Shown here: piece by piece, positions 8,620 through 18,116 of the stretch
Layout of the letters: the number at the start of each line of letters is the position of its first letter
Position numbering within the stretch: position 1 is the stretch's first letter
From: SAR86 cluster bacterium
GTDB taxonomy: Bacteria; Pseudomonadota; Gammaproteobacteria; Pseudomonadales; Pseudohongiellaceae
NCBI GenBank assembly: GCA_002402175.1
Contig: NVVJ01000011.1
Location: 610 to 64,609, forward strand
Reading direction: 5' to 3'
DNA length: 64,000 bases
Notes under the pieces: generated by a model
Seen by the model: only the letters and a program-made list of their open reading frames with translations
Database searches by the model: none
Told to the model about the DNA's origin: nothing
Made by a program: the position numbers and the translations under genes

Positions 8620-10359
8620 TTATTGTTGCCAGGATTGAACTAACTCATCGTAGTCGATAGTCATTGGCTGAGGTTTTTCATTTGCCAGCTTAGGCTTTGG
8701 CGCACCTGGCTGACTCAACCAATACTCACGACTGCGAGGTTCATTCAGTCGCGGGCCACACTCCCCTAATACATCGGCTCTTTGCAGCCGCTGTAACAAA
8801 CGTTCCTGAGCTACCGCCAGGGCTGTCATCGCTTCCTGCGGAGTTTTAGCTCCTGAAGATGCATCACCAATATTCTGCCACCAAAGCTGCGCCAGTCGCG
8901 GATAGTCCGGGACATTGGTGCCCGTAGGCGTCCATTGTACGCGTGCCGGTGAGCGATAGAATTCAACCAGCCCACCCAGCTCTGCTGAGCGTGCAGTAAA
9001 GCTCTCATGGCGAATATCCGAGTCTCGAATAATAGTCAATCCAACATGGCTCTTCTTCAGGGAAACTGTTTTTGAGGTGACAAACTGAGCATATAACCAG
9101 GCTGCCTTGGCTCGCTCTGTTGGAGTAGACTTCATCAAAGTCCAGGAACCGGTGTCCTGATACCCTAGCTTCTGGCCTTCTTCCCAATAAGCGCCATGAG
9201 GCGAAGGCGCCATTCTCCACTTCGGTGTTCCATCATCGTTCATTACCGGAAGACCGGGAACTATCATGTCCGCGGTAAACGTTGTGTACCAGAAAATCTG
9301 CTGCGCAATATTTCCCTGGGCAGGAACCGGCCCTGCTTCACTGAACACCATGCCAGCCGCTTCTGGTGGTGCATATTTGCGCAACCACTCTACATATTTT
9401 GTGACTGAGTAAACGGCAGCCGGTCCGTCAGTCGCGCCTCCTCGCTCAACGGTGAAGCCAACAGGCCTGCAGCCGTCTACACGTAAGCCCCATTCATCAA
9501 CAGGCAGGCCATTTGGAATACCTTTGTCGCCAGCACCCGCCATGGATAGCCAGGCATCGGTGAAACGCCAACCGAGTGAGGGATCTTTTTTGCCATAGTC
9601 CATATGACCATAGATTTTTTTCCCATCGATCTCACCAATGTCATTACTAAAGAAATCAGCAATATCTTCATAGGCAGACCAGTTAACAGGCACGCCAAGT
9701 TCATAGCCATACTTATTCTGGAATTTTTGTTTAATTTCCGGGTCGGTGAACCAGTCATAGCGAAACCAGTACAGATTGGCAAACTGCTGATCCGGTAATT
9801 GATATAACTTGCCATCAGGCCCGGTGGTAAATGAAATGCCAATAAAATCATCCAGATCCAGAGTGGGTGACGTTACGTCACTGGCTTCACCATTCATCCA
9901 GTCGGTAAGATTGCGAACCTGCTGGTATCTAAAGTGGGTTCCTATAAGGTCAGAATCATTAACATAGGCATCGTAAATATTCTCACCTGACTGCATTTGA
10001 GTTTGCAGTTTTTCTACGACGTCGCCCTCTCCTATCAGGTCATGAGTGACTTTAATGCCGGTAATTTCAAAAAATGCTCTGGCCAGAGTTTGTGATTCAT
10101 ATTCGTGAGTGGTGATTGTTTCTGACACCACTTTAAGTTCCATACCGACAAACGGTTTGGCGGCATCAATAAACCACTGCATCTCTGCAAGCTGTTGCTC
10201 GGTGCTCAGAGTTGACGGTTGGAATTCAGGCAACCATTGCTCGGCTTCTTCGATATCAGCCACCGCAGTGACCATGAAACCTGCCAGGATGAATAAAATT
10301 GCCCCTTTTGTTAATTGCAAAATATTGCTGTTAATCAAACCCGCATACTTCTCAAGCAT
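8620..10359 (-). CDS. Large ABC transporter substrate-binding protein, glycerol-type (GlpV-like)
   Basis: 579 aa with an N-terminal anchor/signal. Extracellular solute-binding family. Its size and its pairing with a DUF2160 gene are typical of the rhizobial-type glycerol ABC system. Confidence 0.75.
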   Translation of the reverse strand: MLEKYAGLINSNILQLTKGAILFILAGFMVTAVADIEEAEQWLPEFQPSTLSTEQQLAEMQWFIDAAKPFVGMELKVVSETITTHEYESQTLARAFFEITGIKVTHDLIGEGDVVEKLQTQMQSGENIYDAYVNDSDLIGTHFRYQQVRNLTDWMNGEASDVTSPTLDLDDFIGISFTTGPDGKLYQLPDQQFANLYWFRYDWFTDPEIKQKFQNKYGYELGVPVNWSAYEDIADFFSNDIGEIDGKKIYGHMDYGKKDPSLGWRFTDAWLSMAGAGDKGIPNGLPVDEWGLRVDGCRPVGFTVERGGATDGPAAVYSVTKYVEWLRKYAPPEAAGMVFSEAGPVPAQGNIAQQIFWYTTFTADMIVPGLPVMNDDGTPKWRMAPSPHGAYWEEGQKLGYQDTGSWTLMKSTPTERAKAAWLYAQFVTSKTVSLKKSHVGLTIIRDSDIRHESFTARSAELGGLVEFYRSPARVQWTPTGTNVPDYPRLAQLWWQNIGDASSGAKTPQEAMTALAVAQERLLQRLQRADVLGECGPRLNEPRSREYWLSQPGAPKPKLANEKPQPMTIDYDELVQSWQQ

Positions 10360-10433
10360 TGAAAGCTCCTTGGTATAATTTAATTCGGTCTTTTATTATT
10401 CGATTTATTAGTAATACCTAGTAGCTGCGATAT

Positions 10434-10715
10434 TTATACGAATATAAATACCAGCAAGGCATATACACAACTTGCTGCCAAACCCCACCACAGACTGGCA
10501 GCCACAAGCCCCAACCAGGCCATACAAATAAAAGCACTACCCAGTAGAGAGATGAACAATCTGTCACCCCTGGTGGTTTCAAATCTTAATATTCCCACAC
10601 GCGGCGCGCCGCCGGGGCTAATGAATTCCCACAGTGAAAGGCACACAATCAGGCTTGCGATTACGATGAAGAAGATTGCGGTGGGCTGAGTCCAGCCCAT
10701 CCAGGACAGATCCAT
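10434..10715 (-). CDS. DUF2160 small integral membrane protein (GlpU-like accessory of glycerol ABC systems)
   Basis: 93 aa with 3 TM segments. The RFETTRGDRLFISLLGSAFICMAWLG block matches my recollection of DUF2160. Confidence 0.7.
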   Translation of the reverse strand: MDLSWMGWTQPTAIFFIVIASLIVCLSLWEFISPGGAPRVGILRFETTRGDRLFISLLGSAFICMAWLGLVAASLWWGLAASCVYALLVFIFV

Positions 10716-10807
10716 AGGTTCTCGATTCTAATTTCGTTGTAGTATTTGGATTGTCTGAGCTTAGCAAAATTTTACTCTGACCCCAATTGTTTATATGCTG
10801 ACCCGCT

Positions 10808-12229
10808 ATGCCCGCCATACAAACATCGAATCCAAATCCAAGCCGCTTTTTACAGGCTTTTACATGCTTTTTCGGCGTAATTCTGATCATTGCTGTGGGC
10901 TTGTTTAAATACGCTATCGACCTTCACAGCCTGATGTTTCTTTGTCTGGTGTGGGCAGGCTTGAATGCTCGCTATCTTGGACATACCTTTGAAGGTATAC
11001 GCGGCTTAATGAGCGATGCCATTAGCCGTGCCTTGCCGGCGATATATATTTTCATCCTCATCGGCATGGTGATCTCCAGCTTCATGCAAAGCGGCACCAT
11101 CGCCACGCTGATGTATTTTGGGCTCGACTGGTTATCGCCCTCGCTATTTTTAGCGATAGGCATGTTGCTATGCGCCATCATGTCACTGGCAACTGGTACC
11201 TCCTGGGGAACTGTAGGTACATTAGGCGTGGTTTTTATCGGCATAGGCGGCGCCATGGGCATTCCCTTGCCAATAGTGGCGGGGATGATTGTTTGCGGCG
11301 CGACCTTTGGCGACAAAATGTCGCCAATCTCAGACACCACCAACCTTGCTGCCATGAGTGCAGAAACAAGCCTGTATAGACATATTTACGCGATGTTGTT
11401 CACTACCGTGCCTTCGTTTTTAATAAGCCTGCTTATTTTTATTGTTATAGGACGTAACTATTCGGAAAGTTCATTTGCTCTTAGTGAAATTGCCAGTATC
11501 CAGTTAGCCCTTGAACACACTTATCGCCTGTCGCCCTTTATTACGCTAATCCCAATTATTGTTCTGGCTACGCTCAGCATAAAAAAAGTGCCTGCTGAAA
11601 TAACTATGTCGATCAGTGTATTGACCGCGACAATTATCGCCATTGTCTATCAAGGTCAGGGGGGAGTGACAGTATTGAATGCATTGTGGTTAAACACGCC
11701 AGGCAACACCGGCATTGAAAGCCTGGACGCCTTGTTAGGCAGAGGAGGTATATCCAGCATGAGCTGGACTCTTCTACTCGCCTTGATGGCATTAGCACTG
11801 GGCGGGATATTACATGGAGCGGGGTTTCTCGCTACATTACTAGCGGGCGTTATTAGCCGCATTAAAAGTACTACTGCGCTTATAGCCACAACGATTTGCT
11901 CAGGACTGCTGGGTAATATAGCGATGGGCGAAGCCTATATCTCCATTATTTTGAATTGTCAGTTGTTTCGTGAAAAATATGAGCAGCAGGGTCTGGATAA
12001 ATCCATTCTATCTCGATCGGTGGAGGAAGGCTCCACCATGACCACCGGCCTAATACCCTGGACCACAGCAGGGGCTTTTTATACTGCAACGCTCGGAGTA
12101 TCAGTTCTGGATTACCTGCCCTATGCGTTTTTTAATTATATGAATGCTTTTGTCTCTGTGGGCATGGCGGCTCTGGGTATTGGCTTATTAGGAAAGGCTA
12201 GAAGCGCAGCAGTGAATCTAACCGACTGA
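10808..12229 (+). CDS. Na+/H+ antiporter NhaC family
   Basis: 473 aa polytopic protein with GTSWGTVGTLGVVFIGIG and FGDKMSPISDTTNLAA motifs typical of NhaC. Confidence 0.8.
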   Translation: MPAIQTSNPNPSRFLQAFTCFFGVILIIAVGLFKYAIDLHSLMFLCLVWAGLNARYLGHTFEGIRGLMSDAISRALPAIYIFILIGMVISSFMQSGTIATLMYFGLDWLSPSLFLAIGMLLCAIMSLATGTSWGTVGTLGVVFIGIGGAMGIPLPIVAGMIVCGATFGDKMSPISDTTNLAAMSAETSLYRHIYAMLFTTVPSFLISLLIFIVIGRNYSESSFALSEIASIQLALEHTYRLSPFITLIPIIVLATLSIKKVPAEITMSISVLTATIIAIVYQGQGGVTVLNALWLNTPGNTGIESLDALLGRGGISSMSWTLLLALMALALGGILHGAGFLATLLAGVISRIKSTTALIATTICSGLLGNIAMGEAYISIILNCQLFREKYEQQGLDKSILSRSVEEGSTMTTGLIPWTTAGAFYTATLGVSVLDYLPYAFFNYMNAFVSVGMAALGIGLLGKARSAAVNLTD

Positions 12230-12261
12230 ACCTAATTGGCATCGTACCTTTTTGCATTTAC

Positions 12262-13785
12262 TTAACTGTTTTTCGCTACAGGCAATGAAAAGCTGAACAC
12301 TGAGCCTACACCTTCCTGACTTTCAACCCTTATCTTAGATCCATGAAGCGCCAGTAATCGCTTGGTAATAGCCAGACCGAGACCAGAACCTTGCTGATAG
12401 TGCTTATCCTGATTAGAGGCTCTGAAGTAAGGCTCGAATAATTGTGCCAATTCCCCTGCCGGAATTCCTGATCCAGAATCCGAAATTTTTATTTCAAGCG
12501 ATGTGAAATTCTGATCTTTTGCCACATTAGGTTTAATGGAAATTTGTATTTGTGATCCCTCTTTGCTGTGTCTAATTGCATTGTCGAGAAGGTTATTGAA
12601 AATTCGATTCAACTGCTTAACATCAGCAAATACGAAAGGCAGCGAAGTGTCTGCCTCATTGATAATCTGAATGTTTTTCTGTTCGGCTTTTATATGCAAT
12701 TTCTGAACAATGTCATCTACTAATTCTTCAAGAGGAAAAGCCTCAAAAATAGACTGAATATCATCCGCTTCAAGCCTTGATAATTCAAACAAATCCTCAA
12801 CCATGCATTCAAGCTGCTCGCAGTTCTTAGTAGCGGTTTCGATCAGGTGTTGAGCATCTTCCCGAGACTGGGTATCGTAATTAATCTGCCAGCTTTCCAG
12901 ATATCCTTTTACGCTTGCTAGAGGTGTTTTCAAATCGTGGGATATGTGTGTTACCAGCTCTTGTCGCAACTGTCTTGTTTTAATCATTTCGTTAAACTGC
13001 AGCACTATTCGCTCAGCCATTTCGTCGAATATTGTTGCCAATCGATGTAGCTCGTCTTTCTCGTCACCTGGAGGTAGAAGCGCTGTCGGTTTCTGTAAAA
13101 AACTGTCATCTCGAAAAGTTGTCATCGCATCTGCTAACTTTCTAATAGGCCGAGTCATGAAGAAAAAAAGCAGCAATAACACTAATAGAAAGAACAATAA
13201 TCCAGCAGCCAGAGTACTAAGTCCCAAACTGGCAATACGACTTGAACTAAGCATATCGACAACCGAATCATAGTTTTCCCCACCGATAATGATATATAGA
13301 TAAGCCATGGGAAGCGCTGAATTTAGCAATTCAACGGCTGTGTCATTAGCATAAATTGGAGCAACAGAAAAAATCTTTTGAATATCAGTCGATCGAGGAT
13401 CATCACCCAGAATCGGCAACATTGTATTGTCGGCAAGCAAGCGAAGTACAGGCTCCATGCTTACCACATCGCGCACAACGGTGCCCTCGGGGTCGGAGTA
13501 GTTCATGATATTGCCGTCAGGTGAGATGATATAAAGCTCTATTGCGGGGCCTAGTAGCATCATCATATGGAACGCATCTTCAATGGTGCTCTGATCGATA
13601 TCTCCTTCGAGCCAAAGCGGTGAATCCTTGACGATATTTTTCGCGAGCTCAAGGTGTAACTTTTGCAGGGTTTCTTCTTGAAAAGCCTGAGCCGAATTAT
13701 CAATTCTGCTGACCAGCAAGCCACCAAGCACAATGAAAATAGCCAGCAGGCTTAATGAGATTTTTGCAAATAATGTCTTAAACAC
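12262..13785 (-). CDS. Sensor histidine kinase (HAMP-HisKA-HATPase, periplasmic sensor domain)
   Basis: 507 aa. Two TM segments flank a ~170-aa periplasmic region. H-box THISHDLKTPLASV, N-box NLLDNAIRHS, G-boxes DSGSGI and GSGLGLAI. Confidence 0.85.
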   Translation of the reverse strand: MFKTLFAKISLSLLAIFIVLGGLLVSRIDNSAQAFQEETLQKLHLELAKNIVKDSPLWLEGDIDQSTIEDAFHMMMLLGPAIELYIISPDGNIMNYSDPEGTVVRDVVSMEPVLRLLADNTMLPILGDDPRSTDIQKIFSVAPIYANDTAVELLNSALPMAYLYIIIGGENYDSVVDMLSSSRIASLGLSTLAAGLLFFLLVLLLLFFFMTRPIRKLADAMTTFRDDSFLQKPTALLPPGDEKDELHRLATIFDEMAERIVLQFNEMIKTRQLRQELVTHISHDLKTPLASVKGYLESWQINYDTQSREDAQHLIETATKNCEQLECMVEDLFELSRLEADDIQSIFEAFPLEELVDDIVQKLHIKAEQKNIQIINEADTSLPFVFADVKQLNRIFNNLLDNAIRHSKEGSQIQISIKPNVAKDQNFTSLEIKISDSGSGIPAGELAQLFEPYFRASNQDKHYQQGSGLGLAITKRLLALHGSKIRVESQEGVGSVFSFSLPVAKNS

Positions 13786-13818
13786 AATTGGCCCGCCTTT
13801 TGATTACTATTTTTCCCA

Positions 13819-14547
13819 TTATAATACAGCCTCGTTTTTACAGATCATGGCTTCATCAAATTTGTAACCAATACCACGTAGAGTAATAATATATTTAGGT
13901 TGGGAAAGATCATTCTCTATTTTTGCGCGCAGACGATTAATATTTGAATTCACCGTGTGCTCGTAATAGCTATTGGTATACCCCCAAATCTGATCAAGCA
14001 ATTGCTCTCTGCTGTATACCTTGCCCGGATTTGATGACAGAAAATAAAGCAGATCGAATTCTTTGGCTGTTAAATTAACACTTTTATCCTTGCACGTTAC
14101 TAGACGCTTGGCAGGATTTATAAGCAGCCCTCTACAGGAGATTATGTCTTCTGTGTTGTTACTCTGACGAGCTTGAAGCAGAAGATTTTGCCTTCGCAGA
14201 ATGGCTTTCACTCTGGCCTGTAATTCTCTTATGCTGAACGGTTTGCCCAGGTAATCATCAGCGCCCATTTCAAGCCCAATGACCTTGTCTATTTCTGTGT
14301 CTCGTGCTGTTAGCATAAGAATTGGAGTCAATTCATTGCTTTGTCGGTAGGTTTTACATACATCCAGACCGTCCATTCCCGGCAGGCCCAAATCCAAAAT
14401 TATCAGCTCATATTCATGCGCCTGTGCCTGTTTTAAGCCAGTTGCACCATTATCGCAAACATCTACCTGGTAATTCATGCTGAGTAAATGCGAACAAATC
14501 AAAGAGGAGAGGTCTATATCGTCCTCTAGAATCAGAATATTGGCCAT
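13819..14547 (-). CDS. OmpR/PhoB-family response regulator
   Basis: REC domain (ILILEDD, LIILDLGLPGMDG, KPF) plus winged-helix C-terminus (LTAKEFDLLYFL, RGIGYKF). ATG at 14547 preferred to the TTG at 14559. Confidence 0.9.
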   Translation of the reverse strand: MANILILEDDIDLSSLICSHLLSMNYQVDVCDNGATGLKQAQAHEYELIILDLGLPGMDGLDVCKTYRQSNELTPILMLTARDTEIDKVIGLEMGADDYLGKPFSIRELQARVKAILRRQNLLLQARQSNNTEDIISCRGLLINPAKRLVTCKDKSVNLTAKEFDLLYFLSSNPGKVYSREQLLDQIWGYTNSYYEHTVNSNINRLRAKIENDLSQPKYIITLRGIGYKFDEAMICKNEAVL

Positions 14548-14600
14548 TGTCGAATACAATCCTTATAACAGAGCTAGGATTGAATGACATATGGAAGCTT

Positions 14601-14619
14601 AAAGCAACTGAAAGCAACT
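14601..14619 (-). promoter_or_regulatory. Perfect 9-bp tandem direct repeat with 10-bp phasing upstream of the OmpR-family regulator gene
   Basis: Plus strand AAAGCAACT-G-AAAGCAACT. It lies 54-72 nt upstream of the RR ATG and downstream of the spondin terminator. Confidence 0.4.
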
Positions 14620-14621
14620 AT

Positions 14622-14659
14622 GAAAAGCAGGGCTCTCCCTCTGTTAAGAAAGAAAGCCC
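14622..14659 (-). terminator. Rho-independent terminator after the spondin-domain gene
   Basis: Minus-strand RNA GGGCUUUCUUUC-UUAACA-GAGGGAGAGCCC (12-bp stem including 3 G-U pairs) followed by UGCUUUUC. The G-U pairs make it minus-strand specific. Confidence 0.6.
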
Positions 14660-14676
14660 GGCAAAAGATGAATATC

Positions 14677-15333
14677 TTATATTTTAGTAATGGTGATTAT
14701 CGCCGCGGGGTTGTTCCAGTCGTAGGTTTCTGCTGCAAGATCACCTATGCCATGAATTCCAGAGTGTACATAGATATACCCTTCGCCATCTTCACCAGGA
14801 GAACCACCTTCGCCTCCACAGACCGGGCCTGGAATGTTGCTACACAGCTCATCATTAATTTCGCTGCCAGCATCGTAAACTGTCGCTCGATAGGTGATGC
14901 TACCCGACTCAGGCAACGCTATAGCATTCACTCCAATAAAAGCATCGTTAGTTGGAATAAGCATATTTAACAACGAAAAAGAGCTTCCAGGATTACCTTC
15001 AATAGTAATGGTTTCACTGGCTCCAGGCATCAATAGCCCGGCTCCTACTTGCATATCTGTGACAACGTCGCCAAAGCCTTCGAGCACCGCCATCATCGGA
15101 GCAATATCACCTCCCTCGGCAATAATGGCCAGCTCTTCAATCGCTGGCTCACCTAGCATGAAAATTTTGCCCTCAGTATGAGTTATTGCTAAACGAGGAG
15201 TAAAAGCCTGGCCCGCTGTTACGTTTTTGATCGTCACTTCATAAGTATCAGCAAAACTGGCTGAAGTACAAAATAAAACGCCCAGAGCCAAAGAAGTAAC
15301 GCCAAAAGCTCGTTTATATACAGATAAATTCAT
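14677..15333 (-). CDS. Secreted spondin-N domain protein
   Basis: 218 aa with signal peptide. YEVTIKNVTAGQAFTPRLAITH...LAIIAEGGD matches my recollection of the bacterial Spond_N pattern. Confidence 0.6.
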   Translation of the reverse strand: MNLSVYKRAFGVTSLALGVLFCTSASFADTYEVTIKNVTAGQAFTPRLAITHTEGKIFMLGEPAIEELAIIAEGGDIAPMMAVLEGFGDVVTDMQVGAGLLMPGASETITIEGNPGSSFSLLNMLIPTNDAFIGVNAIALPESGSITYRATVYDAGSEINDELCSNIPGPVCGGEGGSPGEDGEGYIYVHSGIHGIGDLAAETYDWNNPAAIITITKI

Positions 15334-15335
15334 GA

Positions 15336-15382
15336 TGCTTCCCTTTTAGTATCAGTAGTTAATTGATGTTAATCGGGAAGCA
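15336..15382 (-). promoter_or_regulatory. 5' leader hairpin able to sequester the spondin gene Shine-Dalgarno
   Basis: Minus-strand GUGCUUCCC...(31 nt AT-rich loop)...GGGAAGCAU directly before CAUG. The 3' arm contains the SD-like AAGGGAAG. Confidence 0.3.
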
Positions 15383-15489
15383 CGATAACGAAAGAAGTTC
15401 ACATGGGTATCACGGTATTATCACCGTTCTATCACAGCGTCAGAATTTTACGCGACACCTTGCAAGTCTAACTATGGGCAAGCAGAAAA

Positions 15490-18033
15490 TTAGTTTAGTT
15501 TGCTACGGTAAACTTGCCGCGCTTCTTCAAATTGTGCAAACACATGCTCTTTTTCAGATTCGGAACGCCATCCTGGCCAGGCATTTGCCAGTTCCTGAAG
15601 TTTGTCTATCCAGCGAATGGCGTAGTCCACTGACTGTGGGTTTTTAATAGGCTGATCACCCACCTGAAACCACACGGGGTTGGTAAATGCCTGAACATAG
15701 GCTACATCCATGGGGTAGCGCTGTTCGGGGTCTCCCTCGGTACGCAAATGACACCAGCCACTTCTTTCGATTGTTAATTCGTAAGACAGATCGAGGCTTT
15801 TTGAATTACCCCTCAGCGGAAAGGTTTCAATAAGTTCACCATTACAGACCAAAGACACTTCTTCCAAATCAGTTACAGAGCGCAGGCGACCCGTAATCGT
15901 AAGCTTGCCGCCAGTTGCCGGTAGTTGCACGGTATCACCAGGCATAGACGAGCCAACTTGCATCTCTAGCAGAGGGCCGGAAGTGACGAAAGCACGGCCG
16001 CGCCTTAAACCATCAAACCAAGCCTCCATACTCAAACCTGAGTTTGCTGTATATACATAAGTTCTAAACGACCCTACCAGTTTTGTTCTGTGCAGTGATG
16101 AGATTGAGTCCTCGCCACCGGTGGCGGTAATATGCAGGCCGTTATTCCACACAGCGTATAGCGGAAAAAAGCCAGAGGTGGCCGAGTCGGACCATTCCAG
16201 CGCATCTGTGGCTCCAAGCGCTGCATCAACAATAAATCCTTTGCCGCCACCAAGATTACCCAGCAAAGGATCGACCTCGCCCAAATAGGGATGAACGTAG
16301 CCAGTATAGGCTCCCTGTGATTTTGCCTTTAGAAGCATATCGGTGTTGCTTGGGTAGAGGCTCTCTACAGCCGTGCCCTCATAACCTGTTACAAAGGGAG
16401 AGATCAGATGCTCTTTCAAGCCAAACATGTACACATGCCCGTAAAACGGAGGTCGGTATTCCTGGCCCACTACAACTATTTGATCTACCTCAGAGACCGG
16501 ATGAGCCCCGCCGCCAGGTACAAAGTATTGGTAGTCCAAAATTCGATTATCTTTATTGGCGACTTGTTCCAGAACAAGGTCCTGATCTTCTGCGCGAGAC
16601 ATCATCATCAAGTTTTCAAGGGTGTTGTGTAAATTACCCCCGTAGTTAGAATGCACATGGGTAGATGCGTTGTACCAGCCCTTGGCGGCCATATCTGTCA
16701 TGCGATTCATGCTGACATTAAGCTGAGTTACTTCGCCTTCTTCAATGTTCGCCGTAATGGCCTGTGGGAAAAACTCAAACCCTTTTACAAAATTCAACGC
16801 CACTTCACCCACCGGTAATGTCACTTCAAATTCACCAGTGTTGTGAAAAATTAAGTCCCCACGTGTACCCGCCCGCGCGTAGGCATTGTTAGGAGTATAG
16901 AGTTTTCCATCAGCGGCCTCTAAATGGACTCGGTTGTGTAATGGTGTATTACTGCCAGCTTCAGTGACCCTCACCTTCAAAACCCCCATAGGACGTTTGA
17001 AATGCTGCTCGCTAATTGCAACGGTTATAAGTTTTCCGCCATAGGTCTCAAGGAGCATTAACTGAGAAAGCCCTGGCTCATTGGAGATAAAAGCTATCCA
17101 TTCGCCATCGGGAGACCAGCGCGGGTGAAAAGCATCGTGCTCGAAGAAGGTCATCTTGTAAGGCTCGCCACCAGCCGTTGGTTGCACATACAGATTATTA
17201 AACTGATCGGCAGAGCCGCTAGTAGAGGTGTAGACAAATCGCCTGCCATCGATAGATGCATCAGGTCGCGTGCGATATAGAGTTTGTTCAGCCAACACTG
17301 TTTTGGCCTGAAGAATGCCATTTTCTACCGCCGGCACTCGCAATACATTACCTGAACCCAGCGGCACATTACGATTGGATACCAGCAACAGCTCGGTGCC
17401 ATCTGGCAGCCAGTTCGGCGTAATGTGCATATCACCACTGCCGAAGTAAAGTCGATTGCTACCGTAGTCATTGTCGCGGGTTACCGCAATTGGGTCACCA
17501 GTAAACTGACCATTTTGAAAAGATGTTATATAGACATTGAAGTAACCGCTGGGGTTGGTGGAGACATAGGCTACTCTGGTTCCGTCTGGAGAGAATACAG
17601 GGTCGGTGTACACCGCTTGATCATCGGTGAGCTTTTGGGTTGTTCCAGTTTGTGTATCGAGTATTTCCAGCTGAATTCGTTGATGCTCATAGTCTGCGGT
17701 ATAAATTATCCAACGACCGTCAGGAGACCAGTTTGGTGATGAATGATAAGCCCCATCGTGAGTTAGCTCATAGGCAACACCCGTTTTCGGATCGACTTTC
17801 CAGATACTTCCCTGCATAGCAACGGCGATCCATTCACCATCCGGTGACCAGTCGGGAGCCCAGGGTGTTGCGCTAGGAGACGGCGGGAAGTGGAAATTGT
17901 ACATATAATTCCCACCACTGTTAGCCGCCGGATAGAACCGAGGCTGCGCCAGTAGAGCACTGCTCATAAAAAGCAGAGAGATCAGTAAAGAAATACAAGG
18001 AATCGGCTTACGCAGAAATAAAAGCATCAACAT
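15490..18033 (-). CDS. Exported TolB-like beta-propeller fused to a CehA/McbA (PHP-like) metallohydrolase domain
   Basis: Repeated PD40 motifs (PDWSPDGEWIAV, PNWSPDGRWIIY, PVFSPDGTRVAY, PRWSPDGEWIAF). C-terminal ASTHVHSNYGGN metal motif. Start moved to ATG 18033 (MLMLLFLRKP signal peptide) because the track ORF start at 18225 overlaps the upstream permease gene by 109 nt. Confidence 0.6.
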   Translation of the reverse strand: MLMLLFLRKPIPCISLLISLLFMSSALLAQPRFYPAANSGGNYMYNFHFPPSPSATPWAPDWSPDGEWIAVAMQGSIWKVDPKTGVAYELTHDGAYHSSPNWSPDGRWIIYTADYEHQRIQLEILDTQTGTTQKLTDDQAVYTDPVFSPDGTRVAYVSTNPSGYFNVYITSFQNGQFTGDPIAVTRDNDYGSNRLYFGSGDMHITPNWLPDGTELLLVSNRNVPLGSGNVLRVPAVENGILQAKTVLAEQTLYRTRPDASIDGRRFVYTSTSGSADQFNNLYVQPTAGGEPYKMTFFEHDAFHPRWSPDGEWIAFISNEPGLSQLMLLETYGGKLITVAISEQHFKRPMGVLKVRVTEAGSNTPLHNRVHLEAADGKLYTPNNAYARAGTRGDLIFHNTGEFEVTLPVGEVALNFVKGFEFFPQAITANIEEGEVTQLNVSMNRMTDMAAKGWYNASTHVHSNYGGNLHNTLENLMMMSRAEDQDLVLEQVANKDNRILDYQYFVPGGGAHPVSEVDQIVVVGQEYRPPFYGHVYMFGLKEHLISPFVTGYEGTAVESLYPSNTDMLLKAKSQGAYTGYVHPYLGEVDPLLGNLGGGKGFIVDAALGATDALEWSDSATSGFFPLYAVWNNGLHITATGGEDSISSLHRTKLVGSFRTYVYTANSGLSMEAWFDGLRRGRAFVTSGPLLEMQVGSSMPGDTVQLPATGGKLTITGRLRSVTDLEEVSLVCNGELIETFPLRGNSKSLDLSYELTIERSGWCHLRTEGDPEQRYPMDVAYVQAFTNPVWFQVGDQPIKNPQSVDYAIRWIDKLQELANAWPGWRSESEKEHVFAQFEEARQVYRSKLN

Positions 18034-18116
18034 GTAAACTCCCAAATCAAAGAGAAAGAGGTAGTAAGTAGTTTCAAATTCGCCGTTGCCACATAAACTA
18101 CCTGAGCCACTTGCTA

